This document shows, one piece after another, positions 7,667-14,563 of a stretch of 14,563 nucleotides of DNA. How positions within the stretch are numbered: position 1 is the first letter of the stretch; every line of letters begins with the position of its first letter. This stretch comes from an uncultured archaeon (lineage in GTDB: Archaea; Asgardarchaeota; Heimdallarchaeia; Heimdallarchaeales; Heimdallarchaeaceae), in contig CAZHRF010000023.1 in the NCBI GenBank assembly GCA_964534625.1, forward strand, positions 30,259 to 44,821, read 5' to 3'. Made by a program: the position numbers and the translations under genes. The notes beneath the pieces were generated by a model that had not been told where the DNA came from, did not search any database, and worked only from the letters and a program-made list of their open reading frames with translations.

Positions 7667-8749
7667 ATGAGAATTTTTTATGCTGTTAATTCTAATGGAC
7701 AAGGCCACATTAACAGGAGTCGTATCCAGATAGTCCAGTTACAAAAAGAAGGTCATGAAGTGGATGTCCTATATGCGGGTAAAAAACCTCCTGATTACGT
7801 TTCTGATATCTCTGAAAATTATCTATTTAGAGATTCATTTATTGAGTTTTATAATCACAAAGTACACAAAGTTAATTATTTCAGAACAATTAGGCATAAC
7901 CTTTGTAATTTACTCTATTACAGGCGAATCCGAAAAGAGTTAGAAACAACTATTAAGGAAGGAGATTATGATGTGATTTTTTCTGATACAGAACGATATT
8001 CATCGAAAATTGCTAAAAAACTTGGCATACCCTTGGTATCGATTGATCATCAACATTCAATATATCATCCTCAATGTGTTCGTCCTCTCAAAAATTTTTT
8101 TGATGATTTCATGTTTCGAATAGCGCTAAAACTAATGATGCCTCATTATGATATTGCTTTAGCTACTGATTACTTAAAAGAAAAATCAATTAAAAGGCAT
8201 AAAAAAGATCTTGTTGTTCCTTTAGTCTGGAAACCTGAATTTGATCAATTTGAACAAAATATAGTGAAGAATCATTTTACTGTGTATATTGCCAGACATG
8301 ATAAACAAACTTTGCTTGATATATTAATTAGTTTTCCCTCCGTAAACTTTGAGGTTTTTGGTTTTAATATTGATGAGCAGGTACAAAACATTCTCTTCAA
8401 AAAGACTAGCCGCCAAGGTTTTCTTGAAAGTATTGTTTATTCTAAGGGTGTAATAGGTAACGCTGGTTTTTCATTTACATCAGAAGCATGTGTTCTCAAT
8501 AAGATTATGCTGCTCAAACCTATTACGTCACAATATGAACAGATGACAAATGCGTATAGGTTACAACAGCTAGATAGAGCGCTCGTAATTGAGAAATTAA
8601 CTAAAGCTGCAATTAAAGACTTTATAGACTATGCTAAAGAAAAAGATTATACTGCTGATGCACCTATTGCTATTATTTCTCCAAAAGAGTTTGTGGAAAT
8701 AATTATGAATGAATTAGACAAATTAGAACAAAAACATCTACTAAAATAA
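7667..8749 (+). CDS. GT-B glycosyltransferase, MJ1255/VC2487-like (GT1/GT28-related)
   Basis: MRIFYAVNSNGQGHINRS, DVIFSD.E, GIPLVSIDHQ, VIGNAGFS..SEA and P...QYEQ..NA motifs. ATG 7667 preferred over GTG 7649. Confidence 0.9.
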   Translation: MRIFYAVNSNGQGHINRSRIQIVQLQKEGHEVDVLYAGKKPPDYVSDISENYLFRDSFIEFYNHKVHKVNYFRTIRHNLCNLLYYRRIRKELETTIKEGDYDVIFSDTERYSSKIAKKLGIPLVSIDHQHSIYHPQCVRPLKNFFDDFMFRIALKLMMPHYDIALATDYLKEKSIKRHKKDLVVPLVWKPEFDQFEQNIVKNHFTVYIARHDKQTLLDILISFPSVNFEVFGFNIDEQVQNILFKKTSRQGFLESIVYSKGVIGNAGFSFTSEACVLNKIMLLKPITSQYEQMTNAYRLQQLDRALVIEKLTKAAIKDFIDYAKEKDYTADAPIAIISPKEFVEIIMNELDKLEQKHLLK

Positions 8750-8804
8750 TAAAAGAGTAATGAAAAATTGAAACTTTCTGAATTATTTTCTTCCCGAGTA
8801 GATT

Positions 8805-9185
8805 TCAATTATCATTCGACCACACAGTTATGCTTGTTTCTATAATTTGTTTTATGAAAGGATAATTTTCTCTTTTTCTTGTTTCAAATTGTTCTTTTGT
8901 TATTATTTGAGGAGACCATTCATACTCAAGAGATAAGTCTGTAAGACAATCTAAAATTTTCCCAAACAACTCCTTATCTTTTTCGTTCACAATTACAAGT
9001 AGATCTACATCGCTCCTGTAATGATAATTATTTGTTGCATACGAACCAAATAGTAGTATTCTGTTTATGTTTTCTTTATTAAGTTTATCAATAAATTTTG
9101 GTATGCCTTTCTTCAATAATTTCATCAATTTAGATCTAGATGGAGGAGATCGTATCTTTACAGAATTCAAGGATTTTTTTTCCAT
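8805..9185 (-). CDS. Minimal nucleotidyltransferase (MNT, MntA-like antitoxin)
   Basis: LFGSYA...SDVDLLVI pol-beta superfamily motif. Start uncertain (9209, 9206, 9185 or 9125). Overlaps the HEPN gene. Confidence 0.92.
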   Translation of the reverse strand: MEKKSLNSVKIRSPPSRSKLMKLLKKGIPKFIDKLNKENINRILLFGSYATNNYHYRSDVDLLVIVNEKDKELFGKILDCLTDLSLEYEWSPQIITKEQFETRKRENYPFIKQIIETSITVWSNDN

Positions 9186-9528
9186 TTTTAATTGCCTCCT
9201 GGGCATCATCCTTCATGTAATAATCTTCAGGTGCTCCAGATGCAAAACCATTTGGATATCTTGTGGTTATATAATGTTTATCCAATCTCTTAGCAGCTTT
9301 CAAGATTTCTTCTTCTATGTTAAATCGTTCAGCTAATTTTTTCAAGAATATAAGAATAGAATGTCCCCAAGGATCATCGCCCAATTTAAAAAAAACAGCT
9401 TTAACAGCTTTTTCTGCTGATTGTTGAGCAGCAAGGACTGACCACTCATAATGCCCTATTTCTAAGCTTTTTTTTGCGTGTTCTAAATCTCTCTTTGCTT
9501 GCCTTAGCCAATCATCAGCCTTTGTCAT
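9136..9528 (-). CDS. HEPN domain protein (COG2250/PF05168-type), partner of MNT
   Basis: WLRQAKRDLEHA, AQQSAEKAVKA, WGHS and LDKHYITTRYP are hallmarks of the archaeal-type HEPN family. Directly upstream of MNT. Confidence 0.93.
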   Translation of the reverse strand: MTKADDWLRQAKRDLEHAKKSLEIGHYEWSVLAAQQSAEKAVKAVFFKLGDDPWGHSILIFLKKLAERFNIEEEILKAAKRLDKHYITTRYPNGFASGAPEDYYMKDDAQEAIKNGKKILEFCKDTISSI

Positions 9529-9557
9529 TATTATTACCTAGATATTATTGGCATTCT

Positions 9558-9574
9558 AATTTGAAAAAGATTTC
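9558..9574 (-). promoter_or_regulatory. Promoter-like element of the HEPN-MNT operon
   Basis: Minus strand GAAATCTTTTTCAAATT. The same GAAATCTTTTT core lies at a near-identical distance before the 12081 gene. Confidence 0.4.
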
Positions 9575-9713
9575 TAACAATTAGTTAAAAAAAGAGCTTA
9601 AAAAAGAACAATAAGGAGGAGGAGTTCATTATAGCTAAACGTGGTTAAAACTTATTTTTTTGATAAAAGCCAATATTGATAAACTATGTTTTTTTGTGCA
9701 ATTACTGGTTATT

Positions 9714-10355
9714 ATGGTAGTTGTCGGTATAAGCGCAAGTGGTAGAAATGAAACATTTAACGAACATGGTACCTTGATTAAAGGCGTTACTGAGCATTTG
9801 ATAAAGCATATATTAAATAAAATTGACAGAGAAACTAAATATATTTCATTGAGCAACAAGGTCATTCGCGGGTGTATGGGATGTTTAAGCTGTGCAAAAG
9901 ATAACCGATGTGTTCTAGAAGATGATTGGAGTGAGATTAGAGATGCAATGTTTTCTGCTGACCTAATCATATTTGGCTTCCCAAATTATTATGGAACCTT
10001 AAATGCTTTAGCTCATTCCTTCTTAGAGCGTTTCTTTAGTTTAAGACATAGAAATGTATTTGAATTGAAAAACAAACGGAATGTGTTAGTAGCAATTGGA
10101 ACAGGAAATGCTGAACAACAAGTAAAAATGTTTTTTAGAAGTAATAGGATGAATGAACCTTTAGATGTATTGCATGTTTCTTCAGGGATATCTCAATGTT
10201 ATACTTGTGGATATGGTTGCGATTGTGAGGCTGGTTCTGTTGTAGCAAAGCATGGTAAACTAGAGAAAATAGATGATGGGATAATTCCATGCCTTCCTCA
10301 AAATGTCTATAAAGAAGTAAATAAAATAGCAGACAAGATAAATAATATGCAATAA
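9714..10355 (+). CDS. Flavodoxin-fold iron-sulfur flavoprotein / NADPH-dependent FMN reductase family protein
   Basis: VVGISASGR phosphate-binding loop, CMGCLSCAKDNRC (CX2CX2CX5C) Isf cluster motif, ADLIIFGFPNYYG, FLER, plus an extra C-terminal CYTCGYGCDC. ATG 9714 preferred over TTG 9660. Confidence 0.9.
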   Translation: MVVVGISASGRNETFNEHGTLIKGVTEHLIKHILNKIDRETKYISLSNKVIRGCMGCLSCAKDNRCVLEDDWSEIRDAMFSADLIIFGFPNYYGTLNALAHSFLERFFSLRHRNVFELKNKRNVLVAIGTGNAEQQVKMFFRSNRMNEPLDVLHVSSGISQCYTCGYGCDCEAGSVVAKHGKLEKIDDGIIPCLPQNVYKEVNKIADKINNMQ

Positions 10356-10722
10356 TAATCTGTGATGCCATTCTTATCTCATATAAAAAGTAAAGTCTCA
10401 ATTGGTTTACTATCTTGAAGTTCTTGCTAACGAGGTTAAGCTGTAATCGATGAGAAAAAGAAGATTCGAAAGTATCTCTCTATGAGATACACTCTATGAT
10501 CTTGATGATTGGAATTATCCAAAAGCGTAACCAACTGAGGGAAGAAATTTAAACATATTTGTAAATACGAGATGGGAACGTGAGAAGTAAAATCTAAACT
10601 TGAAGTTTTTCTTCTTTCTTCTTTTGACTATTCTTAATTAGTGGAAATATTACTTAGAGTCATCTATTGCCCCGAAATCGGAGGAAATTTATTCAAGAAG
10701 GAAATAGCAAGCCAGCACCCAC

Positions 10723-12081
10723 CTACTGTGCTTGAACTTCATGGTTTATATCCTTAGTTTGCTTGAGTAAATTAACATCAACTAATTGAATAGGTTTGAC
10801 ATTATAAAGTATCTCAATAATATTTAGAGGATCTTCTTTATTTACTTCCATTTTTCTTATTTTCGATCTTGTAATAGTAATAAACCACTCCCAACTGCTT
10901 TTGAATTTAACTAATTCCCATGATCTAATTATTAATTCGAAGAATATGATGACTATCAAAGCAAAAAGCAGAGACCATGCTAAGTTTGTTTGATTTCTTT
11001 TTTCTAAGTTTACTATCTCTGGACTAAAAATTAATGAGAATAGTTTCCTAGGAATAAACTCGAGAACTTGGAATATAAAGATAGATAATGAAAGAATACT
11101 CCATCGTCTTAAAAATCTTGATCTTTTCAACCACCGTTCTGTATTTAGTTTTTCATTAAATTCAACATTTTTGAATAGCGTAGTTATAATGAGCACTTGT
11201 AATCCAGTTGAAACAAACACAAACCAAACTGGGTGAACATGAAAGGTAATGTCTAAGGTGAATTTATCAAAGATCGCAAAATGGAATAGTCCATAGATTA
11301 TTAGACTTCCTCCACCAATAAAGCCATATTTGAGCTGTTCTTTTTTTGGATTGTCTTGAATAAGAAATAAGCCTATAACACAGCCGATAGAAGTGACACC
11401 TAACATCGGAAAAAGGGGTGTCTCTCTACCACCAATTGCTACAAGAATAAATCTGAGAATAGGTTGTCTATATCCGCCCTCTCTAAAATTTTCTCCATGG
11501 GAAAGATCACAACCAGCTAGTGTATTCACCCAATTTTGAATAAGGGGGGAAATAAAGATAATTACAAGAGCTAAAACTCCAAAAAGAATCATGTTTCTTC
11601 TAACTTTCTTTAAACCATCATCTTTTGATATGAAGAAGAAAATTATAGCTGCAAAGAAGATTCCAAAAGCAATATTGTGGATAGCACTGAAATAATAAAC
11701 CATATTTAGTTCTGACCAATCCCAGATACCAGTTCGACTCCATGTATCGATAATACCCCATCCATGAAAGAATGTCGAATAGATATAAGCTATTAGTAAT
11801 AAGATTGTACCTGAAATTAACTGCTTTCGTAGTATTTCTTTTCGGCTTGTATCATTTTTAAGACTCTTATTCATCACATATATATGAGCAATAGCTGAAA
11901 TCAGGAAAAACAAGTTCCTCCAGTGAATAAAAATTGCAACTAGTCCAAGAAATATTTTTAAGATAATATTATCTGCAGACATTACTTCGCCATAATTCCA
12001 TACATTAAGAAGCGTATGAAAAATAGTCATCAAAAAAATAGCTAGTCCCCTCATGAAGTCTAGTGATGTTATTCGTTTCAC
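10723..12081 (-). CDS. Polytopic membrane protein, DUF1624/HGSNAT-like acyltransferase superfamily
   Basis: GTG start, N-terminal KRITSLDFMRGLAIFLMTIFH signature, FFLISA, PLFP, SLSIFIFQ, and about 10-11 hydrophobic segments. Confidence 0.85.
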   Translation of the reverse strand: MKRITSLDFMRGLAIFLMTIFHTLLNVWNYGEVMSADNIILKIFLGLVAIFIHWRNLFFLISAIAHIYVMNKSLKNDTSRKEILRKQLISGTILLLIAYIYSTFFHGWGIIDTWSRTGIWDWSELNMVYYFSAIHNIAFGIFFAAIIFFFISKDDGLKKVRRNMILFGVLALVIIFISPLIQNWVNTLAGCDLSHGENFREGGYRQPILRFILVAIGGRETPLFPMLGVTSIGCVIGLFLIQDNPKKEQLKYGFIGGGSLIIYGLFHFAIFDKFTLDITFHVHPVWFVFVSTGLQVLIITTLFKNVEFNEKLNTERWLKRSRFLRRWSILSLSIFIFQVLEFIPRKLFSLIFSPEIVNLEKRNQTNLAWSLLFALIVIIFFELIIRSWELVKFKSSWEWFITITRSKIRKMEVNKEDPLNIIEILYNVKPIQLVDVNLLKQTKDINHEVQAQ

Positions 12082-12111
12082 TTTTTACGCCTTGTAAGGG
12101 CAATTATGGGG

Positions 12112-12130
12112 GGTATAAAAAAGATTTCGC
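12112..12130 (-). promoter_or_regulatory. BRE/TATA promoter of the DUF1624-like gene
   Basis: Minus strand GCGAAATC followed by a T-run and TATA, about 33 nt upstream of the GTG. Confidence 0.55.
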
Positions 12131-12442
12131 TTATAAATTAACTTGATTATTTCTTTAGCCACATTTTATATGTTAAGCGCATAAAAAAAGGATGAACTGA
12201 AAAAAATATCATCATTAAGATCATTTTCTACACAGAGTTTTACTGCATTTCTTTTAGTATTTTCAAGCATTTTTGAGAATGCTCGAAATATCGCGTACAT
12301 GTCATGATTTTCAGAATCAAATATTACTACACAAAATGCAAGAGGTCTAACTGGAGAAGTTCTTTAATTTTCAGCTTAATTCGGAAGTATTAATATCCCC
12401 GTAACCTTTTTATTTTGTGTTTTCAATTAATTAATTACTTGA

Positions 12443-13636
12443 ATGACACGCTTTTTTATCAATAAAAAAATCACAGCGAAAGCTGAAGAAGATCTCATGA
12501 GATTGTTTTTAGCTGAGAATCTTGAACCGTCAGACTTCTATTATTCTCCGTTTATATTACGTTTAGTAGTTGAACAACTCATCAAAAAAGGTCAATCCAT
12601 TGGATTGGGTTATGTGAGTTCTAAAGACATATTGGATCGCTATTGGGATTCTGTTAGTCTAAACTTATCTACAGCTATTGTTATAAGAATTATTAAAGGA
12701 GTAGGAGCAGGAAAAGAAAATGCAATTATCCTTTTGTTGAATGATGAAGAAACAAGCATTAAAGTATTTGAAGAATTTGTTGGACAGACTAAACTTAGAG
12801 CTCGAAATAAAAGAGTACTTCATTATTCTAGTACACTCCCTTTAGAGGGATTACAAGATATTTATGAAAATATATTGAAAATAATTGATAAGCACTCTAT
12901 AACTTATAAAATAGAAAAGTATACCTTAAAAGAAAAAATTGTAGAAGTAGATGGCTTTGTTTATTATTGGGTAGTGCCAGACAATCTTGGTTTCAGCTGT
13001 AATAGATGCAATATGTGTGAGCTTCCATCTCATTTTAGTGTTAATCCGATCCCAAATAATAGTGATCATCCTATACTGCACATGGCCACTTTTGAAAATA
13101 GAATAGCTTTTTCTTCGAATCTTGCAGTTTTAAGTGCAAACGAACTTGAGAAGATTACAAAAAATACTCATGAAAAAAAAGAGGAGATAGCACGTCCTAT
13201 ACTTGGTTTTACAAAAAATCACGAAGACTTTTATGAGGTAGTTTATGCGCTCAAACAAGAACAAGGAAAATGTATTTTCCAAGATTTAGAAGAAAAAAAA
13301 TGTTTGATACATGATTTCAAACCATTGAATTGTAAAAGTTACCCGCTACTAATTAATGATCTAGGTGATAAGGAGTATGAGCTTGAATTAGATTTTACCT
13401 GCCCAGGTATTAGTAATACAGACCCTTTGGTTGATATTAAAAAATTAACTACAAGATTTCATTGTGTGTTAAAAAAGGAAAAAGAAAGACAAGACAAAAA
13501 GAGTTGTATTTCTATTTCTAAGTTTCCGATTGAATGGAAAAAATATCCTATATGGATAGATAAAGAAAGAGTCATAAAGAAAGATTTGATTATTGCAAAG
13601 AAATACATTGAAGAATATTGTGATAACGTGAATTAA
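12443..13636 (+). CDS. YkgJ-family (CxxCxxCC) cysteine-cluster protein with a large N-terminal extension
   Basis: FSCNRCNMCE, GKCIFQD, CLIHDFKPLNCKSYP and LDFTCPGI in the C-terminal half. About 180 unexplained N-terminal residues. Confidence 0.85.
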   Translation: MTRFFINKKITAKAEEDLMRLFLAENLEPSDFYYSPFILRLVVEQLIKKGQSIGLGYVSSKDILDRYWDSVSLNLSTAIVIRIIKGVGAGKENAIILLLNDEETSIKVFEEFVGQTKLRARNKRVLHYSSTLPLEGLQDIYENILKIIDKHSITYKIEKYTLKEKIVEVDGFVYYWVVPDNLGFSCNRCNMCELPSHFSVNPIPNNSDHPILHMATFENRIAFSSNLAVLSANELEKITKNTHEKKEEIARPILGFTKNHEDFYEVVYALKQEQGKCIFQDLEEKKCLIHDFKPLNCKSYPLLINDLGDKEYELELDFTCPGISNTDPLVDIKKLTTRFHCVLKKEKERQDKKSCISISKFPIEWKKYPIWIDKERVIKKDLIIAKKYIEEYCDNVN

Positions 13637-13662
13637 GAAATAAAGTGTAAATGTTTTTTCGT

Positions 13663-13682
13663 TACCTCCGTTTCTAGAGGTA
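13663..13682 (+). terminator. Short hairpin downstream of the YkgJ-like gene
   Basis: TACCTC-cgtttcta-GAGGTA inverted repeat 26 nt after the stop codon. Confidence 0.35.
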
Positions 13683-13791
13683 CCCACCAACAAATTTAAT
13701 CATTATGTTTCAGAAAAACTTTTGAAAAATCTCTCTTTGCTATTTTTTTATTATTGCTAAAGTTTATATTTGTTGATTCTTTATTTTATAT

Positions 13792-14334
13792 ATGAAAAAA
13801 GGCGCAGTTGGAATTATAATATTGGTGCTAATTATAGCTACAATAGTATTTATACCTGTAATAATGTATGGCGGTTTTAATGTTGATCTACTCTCAGGGA
13901 CACTTTCTTTGGAGAGTTCTACTGATACAGTCTATCAATCTAATGGACTTATGGCTTTATCTCCATCGATTAATAATTGGGATTTAGATTTACAGAATGA
14001 AACAAAAAATTCTTGGGCTTATGCAGTTGATGGTATAGGTGGAAGAAATAAAGTTGAAGACGAAGAAAATGAGATTTCATTAAGTCTTACAATATCTATT
14101 GTCATCAAAAAAGATAACGAAACGGTAAAAGAAATTTATCTAGGAGTACTACATGGAGAAGGATATCATAATGTTACTGTTGAGTTTGGGCCTGGTGAAG
14201 GATTGGACGAGGAAGGTTATTATGATATTTACATCAAAGTGACCCTAAAATTGAAAACTCCTGGTGTTGACTTAAATTTGAATATTGAACTTGGGCCAAT
14301 GACTTTTTATTTAGATATAAACAAAAATGCATAA
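13792..14334 (+). CDS. Membrane-anchored/secreted acidic hypothetical protein
   Basis: MKK followed by a long hydrophobic stretch, acidic beta-rich ectodomain, sequons NET, NET and NVT. TTTATA about 23 nt upstream; T-rich tract after the stop. Confidence 0.8.
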   Translation: MKKGAVGIIILVLIIATIVFIPVIMYGGFNVDLLSGTLSLESSTDTVYQSNGLMALSPSINNWDLDLQNETKNSWAYAVDGIGGRNKVEDEENEISLSLTISIVIKKDNETVKEIYLGVLHGEGYHNVTVEFGPGEGLDEEGYYDIYIKVTLKLKTPGVDLNLNIELGPMTFYLDINKNA

Positions 14335-14424
14335 AGTCATTTTCATTTATTATCCTTTACTTTTTCTTTTCTTTTCGTATTAATTATTACTATTATTATA
14401 GTCAGTAAGTTATTGGCATATAAA

Positions 14425-14458
14425 CAGGAACTACCCCCATAAAGGAGTGGGTTTTCTG
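14425..14458 (+). mobile_element. Possible decayed IS200/IS605-family terminal hairpin (solo end/MITE remnant)
   Basis: CAGGAACTACCCCCATAAAGGAGTGGGTTTTCTG is a GC-rich imperfect hairpin in AT-rich DNA, resembling the AACTACCC...TAAAG...GGG(C)TT pattern of such ends. Confidence 0.4.
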
Positions 14459-14563
14459 GCTGGGTAAGATAAAATTCTAAGAAGAAAAGCTGAAGATATC
14501 ACAAATACACGCAAAAAATTTAATTGATGTATATACATTATATTATTACATTATTACTCAATT

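Noticed and set aside
477-8807. Selenocysteine readthrough of TGA stops (479, 6692, 8805) and SECIS-like ATGA motifs
   Set aside because: The proteins appear complete at these stops, downstream frames are not protein-like, and no TGA sits in a redox motif.
9613-9624. Strong SD-like AAGGAGGAGGAG
   Set aside because: No properly spaced start codon or ORF follows, and it is about 90 nt from the flavoprotein ATG.
12266-12283. AGCATT-N6-AATGCT palindrome in the divergent intergenic region
   Set aside because: A single 6-bp IR is expected by chance, and there is no second copy.
5198-13693. Short ORFs 5198..5407, 7755..7943, 9067..9336, 9635..9970, 10135..10401 and 13469..13693
   Set aside because: They overlap stronger genes on the opposite strand or in another frame, and have atypical composition.
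1-14563. CRISPR array, tRNA, rRNA, integrase or transposase
   Set aside because: No regularly spaced repeats, cloverleaf or GC-rich structural RNA segments, or recombinase motifs were seen.

Overview
AT-rich (roughly 30% GC by eye), gene-dense window that looks archaeal. It has BRE/TATA-like boxes about 20-35 nt before several starts, T-rich terminators, an Lrp-TRASH regulator and an archaeal-type HEPN/MNT pair. The gene mix is compatible with an Asgard-like lineage (inference only). Recognisable content: a copper module (P1B-1 ATPase CopA with two HMA domains; a CopR-type Lrp/AsnC-TRASH regulator divergent from a class I SAM methyltransferase; an 86-aa HTH-like ORF), an MJ1255-like GT-B glycosyltransferase, an overlapping HEPN-MNT pair, an iron-sulfur flavoprotein-like protein, a DUF1624/HGSNAT-like membrane protein, a YkgJ-like Cys-cluster fusion protein, two membrane-anchored hypothetical proteins, a 343-aa beta-rich protein and a 5'-truncated conserved hypothetical protein. 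No rRNA, tRNA, CRISPR array or intact transposase was seen. Best leads: a possible degenerate NDK-like domain fused to YkgJ; the motif-rich copR/methyltransferase divergon with the same CCACATG at both starts; a stand-alone protein resembling the N-terminal module of animal PEP-synthase-like proteins; and a decayed IS200/IS605-type end hairpin. All family assignments come from motif recognition, not database searches.
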